A stretch of DNA of 64,000 nucleotides from an uncultured Actinomycetota bacterium. Its GTDB lineage: Bacteria > Actinomycetota > Actinomycetes > Propionibacteriales > Nocardioidaceae. Positions 47,184 to 56,458 of the stretch are shown here, in pieces. The translations under genes and the position numbers were made by a program. The DNA lies in the NCBI GenBank assembly GCA_963811945.1, contig CAWETD010000001.1, positions 1,500,428-1,564,427 on the forward strand. Reading direction: 5' to 3'. Position 1 is the stretch's first letter. Each line of letters starts with the position of its first letter. Below the pieces are notes generated by a model. That model saw nothing but the letters and a program-made list of their open reading frames with translations. It was not told the DNA's origin and did not search any database.

Positions 47184-47672
47184 TCAGGCCGCGCCGGCCT
47201 CTCCGGCGTCGAGGCGACCGCGTACGTCGTCCGGGTCGACCCCGAGCCGGCCCAGCACCTCGAGCGCCGGGTCCGGCCGCTGGCCGGACAGGACCGCCCG
47301 CAGCAGGTCGTTCGGCTCGATCCGGCGGCCCTTCGTCGCCACCACAGCGGTGGCGGTGCGCTCCAGCACGGCCTTCGCGCCCGACGTGAACGACCGGTGC
47401 CGCTTCTCGCGCACCACGGCCAGCGGCCGGAAGTCACCGGTGTCGACGCCGACGGCCAGCAGTGCCTCGACGTCGAGCACGTGCAGCGCGTCCCGCGTCG
47501 CCGCGAGGTCGACACCGAGGGCGGCGGCCGGTCCGGCCGCCGGGTCGTGCAGGAGCCCGAGCAGCAGGTGCTCGGTCCCGATCCGGCGGTCGCCGCGCAG
47601 CGCGGACTCCTCGACCGCGTGCTGCACGGCCAGCGCGCTGGCCCTGGCGAAGCGACGGTTGAACACGCTCAT
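47184..47672 (-). CDS. Clp_N (Clp amino-terminal) double-repeat domain protein
   Basis: ATG 47672 is preceded by GGAGGA. Motifs: IGTEHLLLGLLHD... and NDLLRAVLSG... Confidence 0.8.
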   Translation of the reverse strand: MSVFNRRFARASALAVQHAVEESALRGDRRIGTEHLLLGLLHDPAAGPAAALGVDLAATRDALHVLDVEALLAVGVDTGDFRPLAVVREKRHRSFTSGAKAVLERTATAVVATKGRRIEPNDLLRAVLSGQRPDPALEVLGRLGVDPDDVRGRLDAGEAGAA

Positions 47673-47881
47673 CCTCCGTACCTCTTGTGCACGGCCTGCC
47701 GGCTCACTCCGAGCGCGTCGCCGATCTGGTCCCAGGACCACCCGTGCCGGCGCGCCGAGGCCACCTGAGCCGACTCCACCTGGTCGGCGAGACGACGCAT
47801 GGCGACCACCGCCCGCAGGCCCACCGCCGGGTCGTCCGACCCGATGCCGGTCGACAGCTGCTGCACGTCCATGGCTGTCAA
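47669..47881 (-). CDS. Small helix-turn-helix protein (70 aa)
   Basis: GWSWDQIGDALGVSRQAVHKRY is an HTH. ATGA overlap with the Clp_N gene. Confidence 0.7.
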   Translation of the reverse strand: MTAMDVQQLSTGIGSDDPAVGLRAVVAMRRLADQVESAQVASARRHGWSWDQIGDALGVSRQAVHKRYGG

Positions 47882-47938
47882 TCTACGTTGACAGACACTG
47901 CGGTGTCAACCTGTGTTGACACCACTCCGACCGCCGGG

Positions 47939-50089
47939 TCAGGAAGCGGGCAGCGCCGCGAGCGGCGCGTACGTGAACCACGCGGGGCCAGGCTCGGCGA
48001 CCAGGAAACCCTGCACGCAGCTGATGCCCAGTGCGCGCACCCGGTCGAGGTCCTCGACCCGCTCGAGGCCCTCCGCGCACACCAGCACGCCGAGGATGTC
48101 GGCGTAGGCCACCAGGGCGCTGATCACGGCCTGCCGACCCGGGTCCTCTGCGCAGCCGTGCACCAGGCCGCGGTCGATCTTGATGACGTCCGGCCCGAGC
48201 CGGGCGAGCCGGGTCAGGTCGGATGCGCCGGCACCGAGGTCGTCGAGCGCGATACGCGCGCCCCGGGCGCGGGCCCGGCCGACGACGTTCACCAGCTCGG
48301 GCTCGCTGAGCGGGCCGTCCTCCTCGTTCAGCTCCACGACGATGCCGCGCAGGTCCTTCGGCAGCAGCGCCCAGAAGCGGTCGGAGTCGAGTGCGGTCAC
48401 CGACGCGTTCACGAACAGCTCGGTGCCCTCCGGGCGCCCGGGCAGCTCCATGGCGGTACGGATGGCGACGGCCTCGAGCAGGTCGCCCCACCCGCGCTCG
48501 TGCGCCACCCGGAAGGCCGACACCGGGTCGACCCCAGCCTTGACGAAGCGGCACAGCGCCTCGTGGCCGAGCACCCGGCCGGTGACGACGTCGACCAGCG
48601 GCTGCACGACGATGGTGAACGCCGGCAGGTCGGTCTCGTCCACGGGATCCACGCCGCCGCCGGGGTGCACGACGACGCGGTCCCGGCCGTTGCGCTTCGC
48701 GACGTACATCGCCTCGTCCGCCCTCGCGACCGCCTGGCCGGGCTCGATGGCGGGGTCCCATCCGGCGATGCCGGCCGAGAACGTCTGTCCGATCGGCGTC
48801 ACCTTCCGCAGCGACTGGATGACCGTCATCGCCTGTTCGAGAGTGTGACCGGGCAGCAGCACGGTGAACTCCTCGCCGCCGTAGCGGGCGAGCATGCCGC
48901 TCCCGTTCAGCGCGGTCGTCCAGGCGGCGACCGACTCGCGGAGCACCAGGTCGCCGGCGGGGTGGCCACGGCGGTCGTTGAACTGCTTGAAGTGGTCGAG
49001 GTCGAGGATCGCCACGCACAGCGGGACGTCGGTGTCGCGGCTCTCACGACAGGCTCGCGACAGCTCGTGGTCCCAGGTCCGCCGGTTCGGGGCACCGGTG
49101 AGCGAGTCGGAGCTGGCCAGCGCGGCGAGCTGGACCGCCTGGACCTGCACGACCTCGAGCAGCCCCGACATCCGCAGCACGACGAGCACGCACATCACGA
49201 GCGCGCCACCGCCGACGATCGCCCAGGCGGTGCTCCCGCCGTTGAGGCCGTCGATGATCGTGGCGACGCCGGGGAGCATCAGTCCTGCGGTGAGTGCCAC
49301 CAGTCGTCGCCCGGTGCCGGCCGCGAGCTCGCGCTCGGGCACGGGCTCGCCGAGGGTACGCATCGACGACACCGACGCCGCCGCAGCGACGGTCACGTAG
49401 CCGGCCAGCCACAGGGAGTCCACCCAGTGCGGAGCGGTGATGCCGGCCAGCTGGTAGGTGTTGAAGCCGAGGTCCGCGGCAAGGATGAATCCGAGCGAGG
49501 CGGTCAGCAGCCGGTGTGAGGCGCTGGTCCTGCCGGACGTCGACCACAGCCGCGCCGCCATGGCCAGCAGCAGCACGTCCCCGATCGGGTAGGCGGAGCC
49601 GACGAGCTTGGCGAACACGCTTGCCGACGAGTCCGCGGCGAGGGGCTGGATCACGGTCACCACTGCCAGCACGGCTGCACCGGTCGCGATGATGCACGCG
49701 TCCAGCAGTGCGGTGCGGTCGCGTGTCCCTTGCCGGCTCCGCACCATGTAGAGCAGGCCGAAGGCCAGCAGGACGTAGGCGGTGATGTAGAGGGCGTCGG
49801 ACGGGGCCGGGAACCAGCCGAGCCCGAGGACGCTGTTCTCGACGGTCCAGACGAGGTCTGCGACCACCCAGGTGCTGAAGCCGCCGGCCACCAGCAGCCA
49901 GCCCAGGCGCTGCGGGGGACGGTGCCGGGCGATGCCCCACCAGATCACCAGGCTCGCGACGACGGCGATCGCGTTGTACCAGGGGTAGGACAGGGACGTC
50001 GGCATCGACGCCGGGACGAACGCATACGCCAGCGCGGCGAGCGCCAGCCCGCCGAGTACGACGCGCTGGACGCGACTCAGTTCATCCAC
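47939..50089 (-). CDS. Membrane-anchored GGDEF-EAL protein, paralog 2
   Basis: GTG 50089 (VDELSRVQRVV...). Same architecture as 41097-43250, with long stretches of near-identical sequence (RRTWDHELSRACR...LCVAILDLDHFK...RYGGEEFTVLLPGHT). Confidence 0.9.
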   Translation of the reverse strand: MDELSRVQRVVLGGLALAALAYAFVPASMPTSLSYPWYNAIAVVASLVIWWGIARHRPPQRLGWLLVAGGFSTWVVADLVWTVENSVLGLGWFPAPSDALYITAYVLLAFGLLYMVRSRQGTRDRTALLDACIIATGAAVLAVVTVIQPLAADSSASVFAKLVGSAYPIGDVLLLAMAARLWSTSGRTSASHRLLTASLGFILAADLGFNTYQLAGITAPHWVDSLWLAGYVTVAAAASVSSMRTLGEPVPERELAAGTGRRLVALTAGLMLPGVATIIDGLNGGSTAWAIVGGGALVMCVLVVLRMSGLLEVVQVQAVQLAALASSDSLTGAPNRRTWDHELSRACRESRDTDVPLCVAILDLDHFKQFNDRRGHPAGDLVLRESVAAWTTALNGSGMLARYGGEEFTVLLPGHTLEQAMTVIQSLRKVTPIGQTFSAGIAGWDPAIEPGQAVARADEAMYVAKRNGRDRVVVHPGGGVDPVDETDLPAFTIVVQPLVDVVTGRVLGHEALCRFVKAGVDPVSAFRVAHERGWGDLLEAVAIRTAMELPGRPEGTELFVNASVTALDSDRFWALLPKDLRGIVVELNEEDGPLSEPELVNVVGRARARGARIALDDLGAGASDLTRLARLGPDVIKIDRGLVHGCAEDPGRQAVISALVAYADILGVLVCAEGLERVEDLDRVRALGISCVQGFLVAEPGPAWFTYAPLAALPAS

Positions 50090-50258
50090 CTTCGCAACGT
50101 AGGAGACGACGCGCGCCCGACCACCACTCCGGAGGCCAACCCGGGCCGAACGGCGGCAGATGTCAACCGTGCGAGGACCGGGTCGTATGCCCCATCGGGC
50201 ACCGTCACCGGGCGTCCTCGCCACTGTGGGCCCGCCTCGGCCGACGTACGCTCGGCTG

Positions 50259-51374
50259 ATGACCGCCGCCCGCCGCTGGTGCCTCGTCGCCCTCGGCGTG
50301 GCGCTGCTGCTGGGGACGCCGCTGGCGGTACGGGCGCTCCCCGCGGACGACACCGACATCACCGCCACCGAGCTGCTCACGCTCATCCAGGGATCCGACT
50401 CGGTGCCGTACTCGGGTCTCGTGGAGTCCATCGGCACCCTGCAGCTGCCGGTGGCCGACGAGTTCAGCGAGATCGCCGACCTGCTCGGGGAGCGCACCCG
50501 GCTGCGGGTGTGGTGGCAGGACGAGCACGTCTGGCGGGTCGACGCGATCGAGCCTGCCGGTGAGACCGACCTGTTCCACGACAGCTCACTGATCACCAGC
50601 TGGGACTACGAGTCGGAACGCGCGACGACCACGGCCGAGCCCCGCGTGCGACTGCCACGCGCCTCCGACCTGCTGCCGCCGCAGCTCGGCCTGCTGGCAC
50701 TGCGCGACGCCCGCCCCGACGAGGTCAGCCGGTTGCCGGCAGCGCGCATCGCCGGCATCGACGCTCCCGGGCTGCGGCTCGTGCCGACGGAGGAGCAGTC
50801 GACGATCGGTCACGTCGACGTCTGGGCCGACCCGGAGACCGGACTGCCGTTACGGGTCGAGGCGTTCGCCGACGGTGCGGAGCTGGCCGCGGCGGCGACC
50901 AGCTTCGTCGACGTGTCCTTCGCGGCGCCGCCCGACGACGTGGTCAGGTTCACGCCGCCACCGGGCGCCGACCTCGACGTCGAGGACGCGTTCGACGTGG
51001 CAGCCGGCGCCGACCAGTTCTCGCCGCTGATCTCGCCTCCCCGCCTGGCGGGCCTGGACAGCAGGCCCGGCGCGGTCAACCGGGTCAGCGCGGTCGGCGA
51101 CTACGGCCGCGGGGTGACCAGGATGCTGGCCGTGCCGCTGTGGGAGCAGTCCGCGGACCCGCTGCGCGAGCAGCTCGAGTCGACGCCCGGGGTGATGGGG
51201 CACAGCTACGGACTCGCCCTGACGGTGGGGCCGCTCAACCTGCTGCTCACCCCCGACACGTTCGAGGACGACCGCAGCTACCTGCTGGCCGGCACCGTCA
51301 CCGAGGACACCCTGCAGGACGCCGCCGGCGAGCTGCTGTCCGGCAACTACCTGGTGCGGGTGCAGGGTCGGTGA
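50259..51374 (+). CDS. Secreted protein, possibly with a LolA/RseB-like fold, first gene of the ABC operon
   Basis: The signal-like MTAARRWCLVALGVALLLGTPLAVRA is present. The gene has a GTGA overlap with the ABC ATPase gene. The fold assignment is tentative. Confidence 0.55.
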   Translation: MTAARRWCLVALGVALLLGTPLAVRALPADDTDITATELLTLIQGSDSVPYSGLVESIGTLQLPVADEFSEIADLLGERTRLRVWWQDEHVWRVDAIEPAGETDLFHDSSLITSWDYESERATTTAEPRVRLPRASDLLPPQLGLLALRDARPDEVSRLPAARIAGIDAPGLRLVPTEEQSTIGHVDVWADPETGLPLRVEAFADGAELAAAATSFVDVSFAAPPDDVVRFTPPPGADLDVEDAFDVAAGADQFSPLISPPRLAGLDSRPGAVNRVSAVGDYGRGVTRMLAVPLWEQSADPLREQLESTPGVMGHSYGLALTVGPLNLLLTPDTFEDDRSYLLAGTVTEDTLQDAAGELLSGNYLVRVQGR

Positions 51375-52273
51375 TCACCACCAGCGGGCTCACCAAGCGG
51401 TACGGGCCGGTCCTCGCCGTCGACGACCTCGGTCTGGACGTGCGCGAGGGCGACATCTACGGCTTCCTCGGTGCGAACGGGTCCGGCAAGACGACGACGG
51501 TGCGGATGCTGCTCGGGCTGGTGCTCGCCACCTCCGGAACGATCGAGCTGCTCGGGCGGCCGATGCCGCGCGACGGCCGGCACGTGCTGCCGCAGGTCGG
51601 CGCGCTGGTCGAGGGACCTGCGGCGTACGGCCACCTGTCCGGACGGTCCAACCTCCGGCTGCTGGACGCGGCCGGACCAGGCGCCGCGCGGCGCACCCGG
51701 CGCGCGCGGGTCGACTCGGCGCTCGAACAAGTCGGACTGGCCCGGGTGGCCCGCCGCAAGGTGCGCGCCTACTCGCTCGGGATGCGGCAGCGGCTCGGGC
51801 TCGCGGCCGCGCTGCTGCGTACTCCCCGGCTGCTGGTGCTCGACGAGCCGACCAACGGCCTCGACCCGCAGGGCATCCACGAGATCCGCGAGCTGCTGCT
51901 CGAGCTGCACCGGCAGGGCACGACGGTCTTCCTGTCCAGCCACCTGCTGGCCGAGGTCGAGCAGCTGTGCACCCGGGTGGGCGTGCTCGACCGGGGACGG
52001 CTGGTGCTGCAGGACCAGCTGGCGACCCTGCAGCAACCGACCGGTCGCACCGTCGTGCGCACCCCCGACGCCGACCGTGCGCACGCCCTGCTCGACGGCC
52101 GGGTGGAGCACCGTGAGGGCGACCGGCTGCTGGTGAGCCGCAGCGACACCTCGGCGCTCAACAGCCTGCTGGTCAACCAGGGCGTGCGGGTGACGGAGAT
52201 CGGGCCGGAGCGGCGCAGCCTCGAGCAGGTGGTGCTCGACGCGACCACCGCCAGCCCGGAGGTGGCGCCGTGA
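51371..52273 (+). CDS. ABC transporter ATP-binding protein
   Basis: Walker A GANGSGKTT, signature YSLGMRQRLGLA and Walker B LLVLDEPTNGLD. Confidence 0.9.
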   Translation: MITTSGLTKRYGPVLAVDDLGLDVREGDIYGFLGANGSGKTTTVRMLLGLVLATSGTIELLGRPMPRDGRHVLPQVGALVEGPAAYGHLSGRSNLRLLDAAGPGAARRTRRARVDSALEQVGLARVARRKVRAYSLGMRQRLGLAAALLRTPRLLVLDEPTNGLDPQGIHEIRELLLELHRQGTTVFLSSHLLAEVEQLCTRVGVLDRGRLVLQDQLATLQQPTGRTVVRTPDADRAHALLDGRVEHREGDRLLVSRSDTSALNSLLVNQGVRVTEIGPERRSLEQVVLDATTASPEVAP

Positions 52274-53076
52274 TCGCCGTCGAGCTGCGCAAGCTCGTCA
52301 CGCGGCCGCGCACCTGGATCACCATCGGGCTCATCGACGCGCTGCCGACCCTCGTCGCCGTGCTGCTGGCGCTCACCGACCTCGGCCCGCGACCGGGCAC
52401 CGGCCCGGCGTTCCTGTCCGCGGTGCTGTCCGACGGAACGCTGTTTCCCCTTGCTGCGTTGGCGATGGTGCTCCCACTGTTCCTACCGGTGGCTGTCGCG
52501 CTGGTCGCTGGTGACGCGATCGCCGGAGAGGCGCAGACGGGGACCCTGCGCTACCTGCTGGTCCGGCCGGTCGGCCGCACCAGGCTGCTGGTCGCCAAGC
52601 TGGTGAGCGTGGTCGTGTTCGTGCTGCTCACCGTGCTCGTCGTCGCCGGGACCGCGTTCGTCACCGGGGCGCTGCTGCTCGGCGACGCGCCGCTGTCGTC
52701 CAGCGTCTCGGGCACCTCGCTCACGCAGCAGGAGCTCGCCTGGCGCACGGCGATGGCGCTCGGCTACGCCGTGCTCGCCATGCTCGGCGTAGCGGCGATC
52801 GCGCTGTTCATGTCGACGGTGACCGACTCGCCACAGGGCGCGGCGATGGGCGCTCTTGCCTTCCTGATCTCGTCCACCCTGCTGCTCACCCTGGACGCCG
52901 CCAACGGGCTCGACCCGTACCTGCCCACCCGCTACTGGCTCGCCTTCGTCGACCTGTTCCGGGACCCGATCCTGTGGCGCGACGTCGTCCGCGGCCTGCT
53001 GCAGCAGGGCATCTACGTCGGCGTGTTCCTCGCGGCCGCGTGGGCCAACTTCACCACCCGCGACATCACCTCTTGA
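52270..53076 (+). CDS. ABC-2 family permease
   Basis: Multiple TM segments. 4-nt overlap with the ATPase gene. Confidence 0.8.
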   Translation: MIAVELRKLVTRPRTWITIGLIDALPTLVAVLLALTDLGPRPGTGPAFLSAVLSDGTLFPLAALAMVLPLFLPVAVALVAGDAIAGEAQTGTLRYLLVRPVGRTRLLVAKLVSVVVFVLLTVLVVAGTAFVTGALLLGDAPLSSSVSGTSLTQQELAWRTAMALGYAVLAMLGVAAIALFMSTVTDSPQGAAMGALAFLISSTLLLTLDAANGLDPYLPTRYWLAFVDLFRDPILWRDVVRGLLQQGIYVGVFLAAAWANFTTRDITS

Positions 53077-53083
53077 CGCCGCG

Positions 53084-54265
53084 TCAGGCGGGGCCGCGCA
53101 GCAGCACGGTGTAGCCGCGCCCGCCACGCATCTGGCGTGCGTCGGTGATGGCACTCAGCTGCACGGGCGTGAGCCGGTTGGCGGTGCCGCCGGTGCCCGT
53201 CTGACCGAAGTCGTTGAAGCCCCAGATCCACACCCGGCCGGCGGCGTTGATCGCCGTCGTGTGGTCGCGACCGCAGTGCACGTGCACGATCCCGCTCAGC
53301 GCCGTGACCCGGGTCGGGACGCGCCGCGTGGTCGTGTTGCCCAGTCCGAGCTGCCCGCGGTAGCCACGACCCCAGACCCACACCGTCCCGTCCGACTTCA
53401 GCGCCACCGAGTGGTCCGCTCCCGCCGCCAGCGCGACCACGCCGCTCAGCCCGGGGACGGCGACCGGGATGGTGCGCCGGGTGGTGGTGCCGTCGCCGAT
53501 CGTCCCGTACGTGTTCAGTCCCCAGGCCCGGACGCTGCCGCTGGACAGCAACGCGAGGGCGTGGTTGCGCCCCGACGCCATGTGGGTCACGCCGCTGAGC
53601 CCGGACACCGTGACCGGCGACGTCTGCCGCACCGTCGTGGTGCCGTTGCCGAGCTCGCCGTTGGCGCCACCACCCCAGGCGCGCACCGTGCCGTTGCCGA
53701 GGACTGCGTACGTCATGTCCCGGCCGGCCGAGATCATCGCGACACCCGAGACGCCGGGCACGACGACGGGGGCCAGCCGCCGGGTGAGGGTGCCGTCGCC
53801 GAGCTGGCCGAACTGGTTGAAGCCCCAGATCCGCAGCGTGCCGTCGCCGAGCCGGGCGACGGAGTGGTAGTGGCCGGTGGTGATCTCCGCGACGCCGCTG
53901 AGGGTGGTGATCCGCGTCGGCGTGCTGCGGTCGGCCGTGGAGCCGAGCCCCACGGCGCCCTTGGAGCCGTCGCCCCACGACCAGACCTGTCCGCCGACCA
54001 GCGCCAGCACGTGCTCGCGGCCGCCACCGATCTGCTGCACGTCGGTGAGCGTGTTGACCGGGCCGAACGCCGACCGGTTCCCGGTGGAGCCGTGCCCGAG
54101 CTGGCCGTCCGAGCCGAGGCCGACACTGGACAGGTACCCGGCGGCGGCGGCGGAGGCCGGTGCGATCGCCAGCCCGATCCCGGGCACGACGGCAGCGGCC
54201 CCCAGCACCAGGGCCGAGCGGCCCAGCCCTCGGCGGGTCAGCTCGTACGGTCGCGGCTCGGTCAT
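53084..54265 (-). CDS. Secreted RCC1-repeat beta-propeller protein (Tat-type signal)
   Basis: TRRGLGRSALVLGAAAV is a twin-arginine-like signal. The RCC1-like units are GSDGQLGHG, WGDGSKGAVGLG, GFNQFGQLGDG, WGGGANGELGNG, GLNTYGTIGDG, WGRGYRGQLGLG and GFNDFGQTGTG. Confidence 0.85.
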   Translation of the reverse strand: MTEPRPYELTRRGLGRSALVLGAAAVVPGIGLAIAPASAAAAGYLSSVGLGSDGQLGHGSTGNRSAFGPVNTLTDVQQIGGGREHVLALVGGQVWSWGDGSKGAVGLGSTADRSTPTRITTLSGVAEITTGHYHSVARLGDGTLRIWGFNQFGQLGDGTLTRRLAPVVVPGVSGVAMISAGRDMTYAVLGNGTVRAWGGGANGELGNGTTTVRQTSPVTVSGLSGVTHMASGRNHALALLSSGSVRAWGLNTYGTIGDGTTTRRTIPVAVPGLSGVVALAAGADHSVALKSDGTVWVWGRGYRGQLGLGNTTTRRVPTRVTALSGIVHVHCGRDHTTAINAAGRVWIWGFNDFGQTGTGGTANRLTPVQLSAITDARQMRGGRGYTVLLRGPA

Positions 54266-54363
54266 CGTCGACCACCCCCTCTCGGCGGCAAGTCTGTCCC
54301 GGGTGGGCGCCCCGGGTCCCCGTCTTCACCGGACCGGCACGCACGATCACGCGCAGCGACGAG

Positions 54364-55161
54364 TCATCCCCGGAGCGCGGTGCAGTCGTCCGCCGTCGGC
54401 GCGGCTGCCTCGTCCGTGCCGAGCTCGAGCTCCACGATCGACTGGACCACCGGGTCGTCGGGCAGGTCGCCGTGCGACACCTCGGCGTCGGCGCAGACGC
54501 TCTGCACGGTCAGGTTGACCGCACCGTCGAGCTCGGCGGAGTCGGGCGGCGTCACCGTCTCGTCGTCGGTGGTCCACACCGAGACGAACACCGGCCCCTC
54601 GGGCGTCTCGTCGCCGGCGTTGAGCGCGCGCAGCAGGTCGCTGTCCGGCGCCAGCTGCTCGCAGGCCACCGGGCAGCCGAGGGTCCCGCCCGCGAGGTCG
54701 GCGAGGTCGGTGCCGTGGTGGGGTGAGCCGAGCGTCACCACCCGCCGCGCCTGGGCGTCGCCGCCGAGGTCACGGACCCACAGCCGGGTGATCACCCCGC
54801 CGGCGGAGTAGCCGACCACGTCGACCGACCCCGCGCCCGTACGCTCCAAGGCGTCGTCGGCCGCGACCTCGAGGGCCTCGGCCTGCTCGACCAGGTCGCC
54901 CCTCCCGTCGCCGACCGGCTGCACGATGGTCGCGTCGCGCCCGGCATCGCGCAGCGCGGCGGCGAGCCCCTCCAGCGAGTCGGTGCTGCCGCCGTAGCCC
55001 GGCACCAGCAGCACCGGACCCTGCTCGTCCTGCGCGACCGGGTCGACCCCGCCGGTGACCCGCAGCACGACCACGACGGCAGCCACCACCACCCCGACGG
55101 CCGCCAGTGCGGCGAGCGCCAGCACGAGCCGCCGACGCGCGGGGGCGAGGGTGTCCAGCAC
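54364..55161 (-). CDS. Membrane-anchored/secreted lipase (class 2, EstA/LipA-like alpha/beta hydrolase)
   Basis: GTG 55161 (VLDTLAPARRR...), followed by a TM segment. Motifs: LLVPGYGGS, VVGYSAGGV (GxSxG) and TLGSPHHGT. Confidence 0.8.
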   Translation of the reverse strand: MLDTLAPARRRLVLALAALAAVGVVVAAVVVVLRVTGGVDPVAQDEQGPVLLVPGYGGSTDSLEGLAAALRDAGRDATIVQPVGDGRGDLVEQAEALEVAADDALERTGAGSVDVVGYSAGGVITRLWVRDLGGDAQARRVVTLGSPHHGTDLADLAGGTLGCPVACEQLAPDSDLLRALNAGDETPEGPVFVSVWTTDDETVTPPDSAELDGAVNLTVQSVCADAEVSHGDLPDDPVVQSIVELELGTDEAAAPTADDCTALRG

Positions 55162-55184
55162 CCCCCCATGGTGCGTCGTGCCGC

Positions 55185-55247
55185 GGTTTCGCAAGGGCAC
55201 TTGCGAAACCCGCACTCCCTCAGCGCAATAACACGGGGGAAGTGCGG
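55185..55247. repeat. Two-hairpin repeat element, copy B
   Basis: GGTTTCGCAAG-GGCA-CTTGCGAAACC, then CCGCAC / TCCCTC-agcgcaataacac-GGGGGA / GTGCGG. Confidence 0.8.
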
Positions 55248-55386
55248 ACGACACGGTGGCAGTGAGCGCCTATCCGGCGTCGGGACACCGCCGACGTCAT
55301 CCACAGCCCGCGCCCGTTGCCACCACTGTGCACAGCGGGAGCAGGCGCATCCGCCGCCAACTCGGCCGCGAGCCCACGCTGCCGAC

Positions 55387-56358
55387 ATGGACGAGGACGC
55401 CCTTCGCGAGCTGGCACGAGGCCAGAGCAACCTGTTCTCCACCGCCGACGCGCGGGGTTTCGGCTACGACGACCGGGCCATCACGTCGATGGTGCGGCGC
55501 CGGTTGTGGGTGCGCGTACGGCGCGGATACTTCGTGCCTGCCGACATCTGGGCGGTGGCTGACGAAGTGGAGCGCTACCTGTGGGTGGCGCGCGCGGTGG
55601 TGCGATCGAGCAAGCATCCTCTGGCAGTCAGTCACGTGACCGGCTCACTTGCGCTCAAGGTCTCGGCCTGGCAGCCGCGGCTGAACACCGTCCACGTTGC
55701 CCGGCTCGACGGCCGGCACGGTCGCACCGAGCACGGCGTCACCCACCACGAGCGCAAGTTCAGCATCGACGACTGCCTGCGTGTCGATGACGACTTCCTT
55801 GTCCCCCCGATCCCGTACACGATCTTCGGCGCGATGTCCCAGCACGATGTGGACAAGGCCGTCACGATCGGTGACTCAGCGCTCAACATGGGGATGCTGA
55901 CGGACGAGGAGTTGTGGAAGGAAGCGCAGGACTCGAGCTTTACGCCGTACACGCGCGGAGCCCGCTTCGCCGTTCGGCTCCTCGATGGCGGTGCGGCGAG
56001 TCCCGGTGAATCCCTCGCCCGGATGCTGTTCTGGCGGCAGGGACTGCCGAGACCGACGTTGCAGCACCCGATCACGCTGCCCGGTCAGGTCGCCTTCCTC
56101 GACTTCATGTGGGAGGACGCGGGGGTCGGTGGCGAGTTCGATGGCAAGCAGAAGTACATGCGCAGCGCACAGGCCGGCGAGGACCCAGGCGAGGTGGTCT
56201 TCCGCGAGAAGCGGCGCGAGGACGCGCTGCTCGAGGAGGGCACTGTCAGGATCATGCGGCGAATGATCTGGGCAGACCTCTCCAGGCCGCAGCAGACCGC
56301 GGCCCGGTTCCGCGACGCCATCGCCCGCGGTAGTCGCCGTCAGGCCGTCCTCGCCTGA
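55387..56358 (+). CDS. AbiEi_4-like N-terminal domain plus DUF559/Vsr-like endonuclease-fold protein (323 aa)
   Basis: LARGQSNLFSTADARGFGYDDRAITSMVRRRLWVRVRRGYF is AbiEi-like. The C-terminal PGESLARMLFWRQGLP...FLDFMWEDAGVGGEFDGKQKY is DUF559-like. GC content is lower than in the flanks. Confidence 0.7.
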   Translation: MDEDALRELARGQSNLFSTADARGFGYDDRAITSMVRRRLWVRVRRGYFVPADIWAVADEVERYLWVARAVVRSSKHPLAVSHVTGSLALKVSAWQPRLNTVHVARLDGRHGRTEHGVTHHERKFSIDDCLRVDDDFLVPPIPYTIFGAMSQHDVDKAVTIGDSALNMGMLTDEELWKEAQDSSFTPYTRGARFAVRLLDGGAASPGESLARMLFWRQGLPRPTLQHPITLPGQVAFLDFMWEDAGVGGEFDGKQKYMRSAQAGEDPGEVVFREKRREDALLEEGTVRIMRRMIWADLSRPQQTAARFRDAIARGSRRQAVLA

Positions 56359-56384
56359 CCGCCTTCCCCGCGTCGCCCGCAGCT

Positions 56385-56439
56385 CCCCCCTGTTATTGCG
56401 CGGGGGTGGCGCCGGTTTCGCAAGGGCACTTGCGAAACC
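56385..56439. repeat. Two-hairpin repeat element, copy C (hairpin order inverted relative to copy B)
   Basis: CCCCCC-tgttattgcgc-GGGGG, then GGTTTCGCAAG-GGCA-CTTGCGAAACC. Confidence 0.8.
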
Positions 56440-56458
56440 CACACCCGGGGGCCAGGAC

